NCBI GenBank assembly: GCA_934233745.1
Contig: CAKQGN010000001.1
Location: forward strand, 258,621-322,620
Source of the DNA: an uncultured Clostridia bacterium
Lineage (GTDB): Bacteria; Bacillota; Clostridia; Christensenellales; CAG-917
DNA length: 64,000 nt
Reading direction: 5' to 3'
The position numbers and the translations under genes are program-made. Below, piece by piece: positions 10,170-19,486 of this stretch (positions within the stretch are counted from its first letter, which is position 1; the number at the start of each line of letters is the position of its first letter). A model generated the notes under the pieces. It ran no database searches, was not told where the DNA came from, and was given only the letters and a program-made list of their open reading frames with translations.

Positions 10170-11387
10170 ATGGACATCAAAACTCTTGCGGAAAAGTTGC
10201 AGTACGTTGCGCTTTATACGGCGATTGCAATTATTGCAAGCTGCATTGTGGTCGGTTTGCTCGTGTGGTTTTTCAAGCGTGAAAAATTCAACGATTTCAA
10301 AAAGTACGCAATCGGCATCGTCACGGGATTTGCCGCGACAATGCTTGTGGTATTCTCATACGTTATGTTCCAACGCAACATAAACAAAATGCAAGCGATG
10401 CTTTTCTATCCCATTCTTGCAATGCTCATCGTGGTGGTTGCAGGCGGCATAGCAGTGCTTATCAGCTCGCTTTTCAGCAATAAAGCCGCAAAAATCAGCT
10501 TGATAGTCACAGGCGTATTGTTGCTGGCAAGTTTTATCGCGTTCGTCGTCGTTGTGTGGAAATACTATAACGTCAATTATGACAAATTCAAAAAGATGTA
10601 TCCCGGTATGAGCCTAATCGGTATGGTTGTGTCGGCGGTCGTGATTTTGGCGGTGTTGATCGTTTTGTGGTTTGTAGGCGACAAACGCAAGTTGAACGAC
10701 ACTCGCTCGATTGTTTACGGCGCAGTTGCAATGGCTCTGGCGTTCGTGCTTTCGTATGCAAGACTTTTCAAGCTCCCCAACGGCGGTTCTATCACCTTTG
10801 CAAGCCTTTTGCCGCTTATGATTTACTGCTGTATGTTCGGCACGAGAAGAGGTCTTATCGTTTGCAGTCTTTACGGCGTGTTGCAAGCGCTTCAAGATCC
10901 TTACATCATTCACCCGATGCAATTTTTGCTCGACTATCCTCTCGCATTCGGACTTGTCGGCGTGAGCGGCATCTTTATGGAAAAGGGCGTATTCAAAGAG
11001 AAAAAAATCTTGGCATTCTTGCTCGGCGGCGTAGTTGCGGTGTTGCTCCGCTATATCTGCCACGTTTGTTCGGGTACGTTTGCATTTGCAGAATACACCG
11101 ATTTCAAAGCCGCGCTTGCATACAGCTTGGGCTACAATGCAACGTACGTATTTGCGGATATGGCAATATCCCTCGTTGCGGGCAGTTTCTTGTTTACGTC
11201 AAAGTCGTTCACGGCGGCTATGCAACAATCGAGTGACGGCAACAAACTCGCAGCGGCAACTCAAACCGCAGACGGCGCAACAGGTGTCGACAACGACGAG
11301 GAACTTGACGAGGTTGACAAGCAAATCATCGCAAATCAAGCAAAATCCGAAAATAAGGATAGCAACGACAACCAAGACAATCGATAA
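10170..11387 (+). CDS. thiT: thiamine transporter ThiT/YuaJ-family domain fused to an extra N-terminal multi-TM domain
   Basis: The C-terminal ~200 aa (SIVYGAVAMALAFVLSY...LPNGGSITFASLLPLMIY...HPMQFLLDYPLAFG) looks ThiT/YuaJ-like. The N-terminal ~170 aa carry about 5 additional TM helices, and there is an Asp/Asn-rich tail. Sits directly behind the TPP riboswitch. Confidence 0.75.
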   Translation: MDIKTLAEKLQYVALYTAIAIIASCIVVGLLVWFFKREKFNDFKKYAIGIVTGFAATMLVVFSYVMFQRNINKMQAMLFYPILAMLIVVVAGGIAVLISSLFSNKAAKISLIVTGVLLLASFIAFVVVVWKYYNVNYDKFKKMYPGMSLIGMVVSAVVILAVLIVLWFVGDKRKLNDTRSIVYGAVAMALAFVLSYARLFKLPNGGSITFASLLPLMIYCCMFGTRRGLIVCSLYGVLQALQDPYIIHPMQFLLDYPLAFGLVGVSGIFMEKGVFKEKKILAFLLGGVVAVLLRYICHVCSGTFAFAEYTDFKAALAYSLGYNATYVFADMAISLVAGSFLFTSKSFTAAMQQSSDGNKLAAATQTADGATGVDNDEELDEVDKQIIANQAKSENKDSNDNQDNR

Positions 11388-11496
11388 TTGCAATTTGCAA
11401 TCGGCAAGAAGGGGAGAGGCAAACCGCCCCTCCTTTTTCGTTTCAAATGGGCTTTGAGTTGTGACTTAGAAAATACCGCAGTTGCGGACACAATTC

Positions 11497-11523
11497 AAAA
11501 AGCACGGCATGCCGTGCTTTTTT
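11497..11523. terminator. bidirectional intrinsic terminator
   Basis: A-run, AGCACGGC/GCCGTGCT stem, T-run, between convergent thiT and the TPK gene. Confidence 0.8.
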
Positions 11524-11712
11524 GTTAGAAAGGTTTGAAAAACGATGATTTTGTGTTTTCGATAAATATACAAATCAAGGTTTTGTTTTATTGGGATTTT
11601 TTTGAAAAAACTCGCATTTTTCAAAAAAATTTTGAAGAATGCGAGCAACTTTTGTATGACCTTTGTCAAATATTTTGCGAAACGTGCAATTTTTTGCGAT
11701 TTTCGTATTGGT

Positions 11713-12315
11713 TCAGCGTTTTATATAGCGAAAAACGAAAACGCCGCCGCGCTTGACATCGATATGAATTTTGCCACCGAGGGACACATTGGACAATCCT
11801 CTCGAATCGCAGGATTTGAGCAGGAGTTCGTCAAGAGGGTATTCGAGATTTTGAGAGTCGCTCACAAGCGCACTTTCGCCGTAGGGGATAATGGATATAG
11901 TTTCGCCCTTTTGCGTGGCGAGGTCAAATTTGCCCTCGACATAGTGTATATCGAGTCCGTCCTCTTCCGCCTTTGCGTTCATACCGAGAGTTGCGGCAAG
12001 ACGCATAATGGACAGGTTGCAAAGCACGTGGTCCACTCGTCCTCCTGTTATGCCGTAAAACACGATTGAGTCCGCATGCAAAACCTCTTTTGCATAATAC
12101 ACGGCAAGTTCGCCGTCGCTTGCGTCCTTGTGCGGATTGTGTTCTACAAGGGGAATGTCCGAGCTATCGGGTTTTTCGAGGGAGTCGAAGTCGCCCAGAA
12201 TCACGTCGGGTTTGACGGGGCATACGTTGAAACCGCCGTCACAGCATACGACTTTGTCGCCTTTTATTTTGCGTTTTATTTCGTTTCCGCAGTTTAAGAT
12301 TATGGATACTTGCAT
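11713..12315 (-). CDS. thiN: thiamine pyrophosphokinase
   Basis: TPK motifs VCCDGG, ILGDFDS and GGRVDH; about 200 aa. Confidence 0.85.
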   Translation of the reverse strand: MQVSIILNCGNEIKRKIKGDKVVCCDGGFNVCPVKPDVILGDFDSLEKPDSSDIPLVEHNPHKDASDGELAVYYAKEVLHADSIVFYGITGGRVDHVLCNLSIMRLAATLGMNAKAEEDGLDIHYVEGKFDLATQKGETISIIPYGESALVSDSQNLEYPLDELLLKSCDSRGLSNVSLGGKIHIDVKRGGVFVFRYIKR

Positions 12316-12446
12316 AAATACAGTGTAGCACTCCTTTGCGAATTTTGCAATTTTTGATTTGTTATTTTTGCAAAGTGCTATTGATAAAATGAGTTTTATT
12401 GGTTATAATGTGCTTAATAAACCTTATTTTGTGCGGAGAGTGCAAT

Positions 12447-13373
12447 ATGAAAGAGTTTAAGCTCAAAAGTTTTGACAACACCGAGATATATTGTAGGCTT
12501 TGGGACGATGTGAAAGATCCCAAAGGCGTCATTCAACTTGTGCACGGCATGAGCGAGTATGCGGGTCGCTACGACGAGTTTGCACGCTATCTCAATTCAA
12601 GAGGTTACATAGTTTTCGGCGACGATCACCGCGCGCACGGTTTGACCGAAACCGATCAAAACCGCGGCAAACACCCCGGCAACATATTCAAAAAGACTTT
12701 GAACGACGAATTGTTTTTCCGTGAATGGCTAAAATCTCAATATGATTTGCCCGTGTTTCTTATGGGACACAGTTACGGCAGTTTTCTCTCGCAGGCTTTT
12801 GCGCAGGAGGGGACGGACGTCAAGGCGATTGCACTCATAGGTTCGGGACATATGCGCAACCTGTTCACTTTTGGCAAAATCGCGGTTGCGCCGATATTCC
12901 TTGTGGCAAGAAACTGGCGTCCTCGCATTGTCAATTGGGTGAGTGACAATTTTCAAAAATTCAAAGGCGACGAGGGAAAGCTCCAATGGGCAAACAGCGT
13001 CAGAGCAAGACGAGAGGATGTGCTTGCAGATCCGCTTGCGCATCAAAATATGTCCGTCGGTTTTGACTATTATATGATGAAAGAAACATCGAAACTGTAC
13101 ACCAAAAAAGCGCAGGCAAAGCTCAATCCTGCAACCGCAATCGGTATTTTTTCGGGCGATGCGGACTCTGTCGGACAAATGGGCAAGGGCGTCAAAAAAC
13201 TTGACAAAATGTATAGACAAAACGGAATCAACACCGAACTTCATCTCTATCCGGGCGCAAGACACGAAGTGTTTTACGATTGGTGCGGCGAGCAAATGCA
13301 AAAGGACGTTGCGGATTTCTTTGACAAGTTCATCATCTATGAGCAGACAAGCATAGACGATTTGTGCAAATAA
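12447..13373 (+). CDS. alpha/beta hydrolase (lysophospholipase / monoacylglycerol-lipase-like)
   Basis: HGMSEY...DHRAHG and the nucleophile elbow GHSYGS. Start set at the ATG at 12447 behind the GGAGAG RBS. Confidence 0.75.
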   Translation: MKEFKLKSFDNTEIYCRLWDDVKDPKGVIQLVHGMSEYAGRYDEFARYLNSRGYIVFGDDHRAHGLTETDQNRGKHPGNIFKKTLNDELFFREWLKSQYDLPVFLMGHSYGSFLSQAFAQEGTDVKAIALIGSGHMRNLFTFGKIAVAPIFLVARNWRPRIVNWVSDNFQKFKGDEGKLQWANSVRARREDVLADPLAHQNMSVGFDYYMMKETSKLYTKKAQAKLNPATAIGIFSGDADSVGQMGKGVKKLDKMYRQNGINTELHLYPGARHEVFYDWCGEQMQKDVADFFDKFIIYEQTSIDDLCK

Positions 13374-13419
13374 AAAACGAAAGTCCTTCTTGTTCGGAGG
13401 ACTTTTTTGAGGTGTGAAA

Positions 13420-14367
13420 ATGAATGTAACAATACCTTCCGGTTTTAAGATAGGACACTATGAGGACGAGTTTACGGGCGTAAGCGTAATCCTTGCCGAA
13501 AACGGAGCGGTCGGAGGCGTGGATTGCAGAGGAGGCGCACCCGGTACGAGAGAAACCGACCTTCTTCACAACGAAAAGATGATGCAAAAAGTCAATGCGG
13601 TCGTGCTGTCGGGCGGCTCGGCGTACGGGCTTGCCTCGACCGTCGGCGTTATGGAATATCTCAAACAAAATGGCAAGGGATTCAAGTCTATGGGCAAGAT
13701 CGTGCCTATTGTTTGCGGTGCGGTGCTTTATGATCTCAATCAAAAGGAATATCGCTATCCAACTGCGCAATACGGACTTAATGCGTGCAAAAACGCCTCA
13801 AAAACCCTCGATTTCGGCAATATCGGCGCAGGACGAGGCGCAACGGTAGGCAAGATCAGAGGCTTGAAAAACGCGTGCAAGAGCGGTATCGGCGCGGCAA
13901 CCGTGAAAGTTGCAGGCGTCACGGTTACGGCAGTCGTTGCTGTCAACGCTATGGGCGACGTCGTAGATGAAAACGGCAAAATCATTGCAGGAGCAAAGGG
14001 TAGAAAAGGCGAGTTTATCGACACTGAAAAGTGCCTTGCAAACGGTGAATTTGCCAAACTTTTGCTCGGAACAAACACCACAATCGGTTGCATAATCACC
14101 GATGCGAAACTCTCCAAAGTCGAGGCAAATTTGATTGCAAGCATATCCCACAACGGGCTTGCAAGGGCGATACGCCCCGTGCATACGATGTACGACGGCG
14201 ACACTATGTTCTGCCTTGCAAGCGGCAGACGCCCCGTTGTCAATCTTGCACCGGTGCAATCGGCAGCAGTCGAGGCAACTCGCCTTGCAATCGTCAATGC
14301 CGTGAGCAAAAGCGCACAATACGAGATTGTATTCGACCAGGACGAAGATTGCGATACGCAACAATAA
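13420..14367 (+). CDS. P1-family (S58 / DmpA-like) aminopeptidase
   Basis: GVSVIL...CRGGAPGTRETDLL and the TNTTIGCIITDAKL blocks typical of DmpA/P1 peptidases. The start could instead be the GTG at 13414. Confidence 0.75.
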   Translation: MNVTIPSGFKIGHYEDEFTGVSVILAENGAVGGVDCRGGAPGTRETDLLHNEKMMQKVNAVVLSGGSAYGLASTVGVMEYLKQNGKGFKSMGKIVPIVCGAVLYDLNQKEYRYPTAQYGLNACKNASKTLDFGNIGAGRGATVGKIRGLKNACKSGIGAATVKVAGVTVTAVVAVNAMGDVVDENGKIIAGAKGRKGEFIDTEKCLANGEFAKLLLGTNTTIGCIITDAKLSKVEANLIASISHNGLARAIRPVHTMYDGDTMFCLASGRRPVVNLAPVQSAAVEATRLAIVNAVSKSAQYEIVFDQDEDCDTQQ

Positions 14368-14393
14368 GCGAAACAACAAGGAAAATTGGTTTT

Positions 14394-15515
14394 ATGAACA
14401 TAAGCATAATGCTCAAACCTGCCTCGTCAAATTGCAATTTGCGATGCAAATATTGTTTTTACAATGACCTCTCAAGCCATAGAGAGATGCCTTCGCACGG
14501 CATGATGAGCGAGCAAACGTTGCGCGCAACGCTCAAAAAAGCCTTCGATTTTGCAGGACACGACAGGGTTATGCTCTCCTTTCAGGGCGGCGAGCCGCTG
14601 CTTGCCGGCAAGGAGTTTTTTTTGAAATTGCACGATATTATTCGTGAGTTGAACGTCAATCGCGCGCCCGTCAGCATAGGCGTGCAAACCAACGGAACGC
14701 TCATAGACGAGGAGTGGTGCAGGATATTCAAGCGCGGCGGCTACCTGGTCGGATTGAGCTTGGACGGTGACGAAACTGCCGATTCGCTCCGCATTGACGC
14801 AAACGGCAATCCCACGTTTTCACGCGCGCTCAACGGCGCAAAACTTATGCAAAAATACGGCGTGGATTTCAATATCCTCGTGGTGCTTACAAAGCAGGTG
14901 GCAAACCGCATCGAGCCGATTTATAGGTTTTTCAAAAAGCAGAATTTCAAGCATTTGCAGTTTATCCCCATGCTCAAACCATTGCGCGTGGACGAGAGCG
15001 GCAAGCCTATCTCAAAAACCACCTACAACGAGCCGTTTCCAAGTGAGGAGGAAAACTATTCCATGTCCGCTGAGGACTATTCCGAGTTTTTGCAAAAGTG
15101 CTTTGCGATGTACCTCAAAGACTGTATGGACGGCAAATACACCTCAATCCGCCAATTTGACAACTTCGTGCGTCTTGCTCGTTTCGAGTGCCCCGAACAG
15201 TGCGGAATGGAAGGGCATTGCTGTCACCAATTCGTCATCGAGGGGGACGGCGAGGTCTATCCGTGCGACTTCTATTGCCTCGATTGCTACGATATGGGCA
15301 ACATCAACGACACCGATTTCTTTGCGCTGTCAAAGCACCCCGTTGCCATCGAGTTTATCAAAGAAAGTATGATTGTGGAGGACAAATGCAAGGAGTGCAA
15401 TTTCTATCATATGTGCCGCAACGGCTGCAAGCGCGAGCGTATCGACCTCGACAAATGCGCCGCCTACAAAAAGTTTTTCGCCTACGCCTTGCCGCACTTG
15501 AAAAGAATCAGCTGA
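14394..15515 (+). CDS. anaerobic sulfatase-maturating-enzyme-like radical SAM / SPASM protein
   Basis: CNLRCKYCFY (CxxxCxxC), FQGGEPLLAG, QTNGTLIDEEW, and a C-terminal Cys-rich SPASM region (CCHQF...PCDFYC...CKECNFYHMCRNGC). Collinear, from my recollection, with Clostridium AnSME. Start set at the ATG at 14394; the upstream extension overlaps the peptidase gene. Confidence 0.85.
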   Translation: MNISIMLKPASSNCNLRCKYCFYNDLSSHREMPSHGMMSEQTLRATLKKAFDFAGHDRVMLSFQGGEPLLAGKEFFLKLHDIIRELNVNRAPVSIGVQTNGTLIDEEWCRIFKRGGYLVGLSLDGDETADSLRIDANGNPTFSRALNGAKLMQKYGVDFNILVVLTKQVANRIEPIYRFFKKQNFKHLQFIPMLKPLRVDESGKPISKTTYNEPFPSEEENYSMSAEDYSEFLQKCFAMYLKDCMDGKYTSIRQFDNFVRLARFECPEQCGMEGHCCHQFVIEGDGEVYPCDFYCLDCYDMGNINDTDFFALSKHPVAIEFIKESMIVEDKCKECNFYHMCRNGCKRERIDLDKCAAYKKFFAYALPHLKRIS

Positions 15516-15621
15516 AATTGCTTTGGTTTTTAGCGGCGTTTGCGCCTTATTGAATCTTTCAAACGTCATTGCGAGCGCAATGCTGCCGTGCAAATCTCAA
15601 CATAGCAACATTTTGGAATTG

Positions 15622-15664
15622 AAAAAAAAGAAACGACGGATTCAAAATCCGCCGCTTCTTTTTT
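15622..15664. terminator. bidirectional intrinsic terminator
   Basis: A-run, imperfect 12-bp hairpin (GAAACGACGGAT/ATCCGCCGCTTC), T-run, between the convergent rSAM gene and clpB. Confidence 0.7.
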
Positions 15665-15724
15665 ATAGGGAAAATTATGAGGGTTCAACGTTTGTTGCGT
15701 GCAGTATTTTTCGGGTGCAACCGA

Positions 15725-18313
15725 TTAGTGCTTTGAAGTGACAAGCATTTCGCCGTCTTTTGCGTCAACCACGATTGTGTCGCCTTCGTCCATATTGCCT
15801 TGAAGGATTGCGCGGGCAACTTTGGTTTCGACGTTGCTTTCGATATAACGCTTGAGCGGTCTTGCGCCGAACGTCACGTCATAGCCGCCGTCTACGATGA
15901 GGTCTTTTGCCGCCTGCGTAACTTCGAGTTTGAGGTTTTGCTTGTCGAGCCTCAATTCGAGCTTTTTGAGCATGATGTCGATAATCTTGTAGACGCTTTC
16001 TCTTGTGAGCGGCGTGAACAGCACGGTATCGTCAAGCCTGTTGAGGAACTCGGGGCGGAAGGTTTGTTTGAGCAACTTGTCTATTTGCGCTTTCGCATCG
16101 TCGGTGATGTTGCCGTTTTTGTCGATGTTGTCGAGGATTATGCCGCTGCCGAGGTTGGACGTCAAAATGATGATTGTGTTTTTGAAGTTGACCGTTCTGC
16201 CTTGGCTGTCGGTGATTCTTCCGTCATCGAGGACTTGGAGCAGGATATTGAACACGTCGGGGTGCGCCTTTTCGATTTCGTCAAAGAGGACGACGGAGTA
16301 GGGTTTTCTTCTCACAGCCTCGGTGAGTTGACCGCCTTCGTCATAGCCGACGTATCCCGGAGGTGCGCCGATAAGACGAGATACGCTGAATTTTTCCATA
16401 TACTCCGTCATATCGATACGAACAATATTGCGCTCGTCGTCAAAGAGGTAGGACGTAAGAGTCTTTGCAAGCTCGGTTTTACCGACGCCCGTAGGTCCGA
16501 GGAAGAGGAACGAGCCGATTGGTCTGTTCTCGTCCGAGATGCCTGCACGGGAGCGGAGAACCGCCTCGCTCACGGCGTCCACAGCCTCGTTTTGACCGAT
16601 AACCCTCTTGTGAAGCTCGTCGGAAAGGTGGAGCAGTTTCTCCTTTTCGCTCTCCATAAGTTTGGTTACGGGGATACCCGTCCATTTTGCCACGATTTTT
16701 GCGATTTCGTCCGCAGTCACTTCGTCCCGCAAGAGTGTAGAGCCTTTTGCGGATTTCTTTTCCACTTCTTCGAGCTTCTTGTTGAGCGCGGGCAGTTCGC
16801 CGTATTGAAGTTGAGCCGCTTTGCCGTAGTCGCTGTTGCGCTTTGCCTCCTCGATTTGAAGATTTATGCGGTCAATTTCGGCTTTTGTGTCCTGAACGCT
16901 GTTGATTTCCTTCTTCTCGTTTTCCCATTGCGCTTTCATTTCGTTGAATTTGTCGTGGAGTTCGGCAAGTTCTTTCTTGATGGATTCGCGGCGATCAACC
17001 GAGAGTTTGTCGGTTTCCTTTTCAAGAGCCATTTCCTCGATTTCGAGTTGCATAATCTTACGGCTGATGACGTCCATTTCGGTGGGCATACTGTCGATTT
17101 CGGTACGTATCATAGCGCACGCCTCGTCCACGAGGTCGATTGCCTTGTCGGGCAGGAATCTGTCGGTGATGTATCTGTCCGAGAGAGTCGCCGCCGCAAC
17201 GAGTGCCTGGTCGTGAATACGCACGCCGTGGAAGATCTCGTATCTTTCTTTCAAGCCACGCAAGATTGCGATTGTGTCCTCAACCGTAGGCTCGTTGACC
17301 ATGACGGGTTGAAAACGTCTTTCAAGAGCAGGATCTTTTTCGATATATTTGCGGTATTCGTCGAGGGTGGTTGCGCCGATGCAGTGCAACTCGCCTCTTG
17401 CAAGCATAGGCTTGAGCAGGTTGCCTGCGTCCATGCTGCCTTCGGTTTTGCCTGCGCCGACAATTGTGTGCAGCTCATCGATGAACAGAAGCATTCTGCC
17501 GTTTTGTTTCTTGATTTCGCCAAGAACGGCTTTGAGCCTTTCTTCAAATTCACCACGATATTTTGCGCCTGCGATGAGCGCGCCCATATCGAGTGCAAAG
17601 ATGTGTTTGTCTTTGAGTCCCTCAGGGACGTCGCCTCTGACGATACGTTGGGCAAGACCTTCTGCAATTGCCGTTTTGCCGACGCCCGCCTCACCGATAA
17701 GAACGGGGTTGTTTTTTGTCTTTCTTGACAAAATTCGAATGACGTTTCTTATCTCGTCGTCACGTCCGATGACGGGATCGAGCTGACCGCGAGCGGCTCT
17801 TTCAACCATATCGTGACCGTATTTGTTGAGTACGTCATATGTGTCTTCGGGGCTGTCGCTTGTCACTTTTGAGGTTTTAACCTGTGAAAGTGCGTCCATA
17901 AAACCCTTTTTGGTGAGTTTGCACTTTGCAAATACTGCTTTGAGGGCAGGAGTTGGGTTGTCGAGGATTGCCGCAAAAATATGTTCGACGCTCACAAAAT
18001 CGTCGCCCTGTTTCTTTGCGTCTTTTTCCGCTTGCGCAAGCATGAGGGAGCAGTCTTGCGACAAATATACCTCGCCTGCGCCGTTGCCCGTGACGGAGGG
18101 CATTTGAGAGAGAATTCTGTCGATTTCTCTCACCAGTTGCGGAGCGTCCGAGCCGCACTTTGTGACGAGTTTGGGGATAAGTCCTTCCTCGTCGCTCAGA
18201 AGCGCATAGGCAATATGCTCCTTGCAAAGTTGTTGATGATGTCTTTCAAGCGCAAGGTTTTGCGCCGCATTTATAGCGTCCAATGCTTTCTTTGTGAATT
18301 TGTTGGTGTCCAT
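15725..18313 (-). CDS. clpB: ATP-dependent chaperone ClpB
   Basis: N-domain, two AAA+ modules ([16 protein letters not shown]) and a long coiled-coil M-domain. Start placed at the second ATG (18313), 8 nt after AGGAGG. Confidence 0.95.
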   Translation of the reverse strand: MDTNKFTKKALDAINAAQNLALERHHQQLCKEHIAYALLSDEEGLIPKLVTKCGSDAPQLVREIDRILSQMPSVTGNGAGEVYLSQDCSLMLAQAEKDAKKQGDDFVSVEHIFAAILDNPTPALKAVFAKCKLTKKGFMDALSQVKTSKVTSDSPEDTYDVLNKYGHDMVERAARGQLDPVIGRDDEIRNVIRILSRKTKNNPVLIGEAGVGKTAIAEGLAQRIVRGDVPEGLKDKHIFALDMGALIAGAKYRGEFEERLKAVLGEIKKQNGRMLLFIDELHTIVGAGKTEGSMDAGNLLKPMLARGELHCIGATTLDEYRKYIEKDPALERRFQPVMVNEPTVEDTIAILRGLKERYEIFHGVRIHDQALVAAATLSDRYITDRFLPDKAIDLVDEACAMIRTEIDSMPTEMDVISRKIMQLEIEEMALEKETDKLSVDRRESIKKELAELHDKFNEMKAQWENEKKEINSVQDTKAEIDRINLQIEEAKRNSDYGKAAQLQYGELPALNKKLEEVEKKSAKGSTLLRDEVTADEIAKIVAKWTGIPVTKLMESEKEKLLHLSDELHKRVIGQNEAVDAVSEAVLRSRAGISDENRPIGSFLFLGPTGVGKTELAKTLTSYLFDDERNIVRIDMTEYMEKFSVSRLIGAPPGYVGYDEGGQLTEAVRRKPYSVVLFDEIEKAHPDVFNILLQVLDDGRITDSQGRTVNFKNTIIILTSNLGSGIILDNIDKNGNITDDAKAQIDKLLKQTFRPEFLNRLDDTVLFTPLTRESVYKIIDIMLKKLELRLDKQNLKLEVTQAAKDLIVDGGYDVTFGARPLKRYIESNVETKVARAILQGNMDEGDTIVVDAKDGEMLVTSKH

Positions 18314-18423
18314 AGTCATTTCCTCCTTTGGATTATATTCCGTATAGTGCCGACGTCAAACGCTTTTCTTTGCCGGCGCTCGCCCTTTTGCCTGCGACCT
18401 CTGGCAATCTTTTTATTTGACTG

Positions 18424-18450
18424 TTAGCACTCTTGTTCTTCGATTGCTAA
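18424..18450. promoter_or_regulatory. CIRCE element (HrcA operator)
   Basis: TTAGCACTC-N9-GATTGCTAA has one mismatch to the consensus TTAGCACTC-N9-GAGTGCTAA. It abuts a minus-strand promoter (TTGACA - 16 nt - TATAAT, 18450-18477) upstream of clpB. Confidence 0.8.
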
Positions 18451-18577
18451 TTATATCACTAAAATATGAGATGTCAATATATTTTGCACAGAAAATTTGA
18501 TTTTTTTTCAAATGCGGTATAAAAAAACAAACCGATTTTTCGGTTTGCTTCGACTATGTTTGCAAGTTGTCAAACGT

Positions 18578-19159
18578 TCACTTTTTGATAAAGCAACGCT
18601 CGGCAAGAGGGCAGGTTGCATAGGAGATAAACTCGTCATATGTATACTTGCCGGGGTTGTCCACGCACCAAAGCACGGTGTTTATCATGCCGCCCGCGAC
18701 AAACGTTGCAAGAATTTGAAGGGGCATTTTGATTTCATACGTGTCTTTATACTTTGAAAGTTGATACTTTATGGAATGTGCGATGGAATCCTGTATCGTG
18801 CTTATCACTTTTCCGTTGCGGTTCATGCGCAGAATATTTGCGATATGATTGTGCTTGTCAAAGAAAAAGTCGACTGCCATCACAATCATTGAATTGAGCG
18901 TTTCGGTGGGGGTGGTGAATTTTGTTTCCTTGGTGAATTTCTGATAAAGGTCGTCTTTAAGCTCTTCCAAAGCAAATGACAAAAGGTGGTATTTGTCTTC
19001 AAAATGCGCATAGAACGTGGCTCTGTTGACCATCGCTTTGTTGCAAAGGTCGATAACGCTGATTTTTTCGATGGATTCCTCCTCCATCATATCGAGCAGC
19101 GTGTTGCTCAATAGTTTTCTTGTGCGAACGATGCGCAAATCTTCTTTTTGTGCAGACAT
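18578..19159 (-). CDS. TetR/AcrR-family transcriptional regulator
   Basis: N-terminal HTH (ISVIDLCNKAMVNRATFYAHFEDKYHLL). Divergent from the ABC exporter pair. Confidence 0.85.
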   Translation of the reverse strand: MSAQKEDLRIVRTRKLLSNTLLDMMEEESIEKISVIDLCNKAMVNRATFYAHFEDKYHLLSFALEELKDDLYQKFTKETKFTTPTETLNSMIVMAVDFFFDKHNHIANILRMNRNGKVISTIQDSIAHSIKYQLSKYKDTYEIKMPLQILATFVAGGMINTVLWCVDNPGKYTYDEFISYATCPLAERCFIKK

Positions 19160-19272
19160 AATGTCCCCCAAACCGTATTGTTGTATAAATTATTGCACCA
19201 ATATGCCGTTTTTGTCAAGATAACTCCACAAATATTGACATATATAAACGCCGATTTTTTTACGTTTTCGAT

Positions 19273-19318
19273 GTGATTTGAAACCACGCACAATTGTGAT
19301 TTGAAACCAAGCACAATA
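19273..19318 (+). repeat. tandem 23-bp direct repeat in the TetR/ABC divergent region (candidate operator)
   Basis: GTGATTTGAAACCACGCACAATT followed by GTGATTTGAAACCAAGCACAATA, adjacent copies with 2 mismatches. Confidence 0.6.
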
Positions 19319-19367
19319 AGGAATTGTTAAAATATATTTAATATTTATAATTATTTTTAATAATCAA

Positions 19368-19425
19368 TTGACATTTTTTTTAATAAATTGTAAATAAAGT
19401 ATTGACTGCAACCGATTTGGCAGTC
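19368..19425 (+). promoter_or_regulatory. promoter of the ABC exporter operon plus inverted repeat at about +1
   Basis: TTGACA - 17 nt - TAAATA (19368-19396), then the inverted repeat GACTGC-N10-GCAGTC (19404-19425). Confidence 0.55.
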
Positions 19426-19486
19426 GATGAAACATTTGGCTTTTGCACAGTTTTTCATCGTCGCATCCTGCGACATTAAGGTGATT

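Noticed and set aside
14088-14393. N-terminal 102-aa extension of the radical SAM ORF.
   Set aside because: The extension overlaps the 3' end of the peptidase gene in another frame and is Arg/Cys-rich nonsense. The ATG at 14394 gives the canonical MNISIMLKPASSNCNLRC N-terminus.
15565-15598. Motif GTCATTGCGAGCGCAATGCTGCCGTGCAAATC, with a diverged inverted relative at 30581-30611 (reverse complement GTCATTCAGAGGAGCAAAGCGACGTGGGAAT).
   Set aside because: It resembles a short extragenic motif (GTCATTGCGAGCG..AGCAATC-like) that I recall seeing in many unrelated bacterial genomes. The two copies here match at only about two thirds of positions. It is not novel and too weak to interpret from one window.
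15800-17728. 642-aa plus-strand ORF antisense to clpB.
   Set aside because: clpB on the other strand has full AAA+ motifs. The antisense translation is Phe/Val/Asp-rich with no motifs, so it is a shadow ORF of a long gene.
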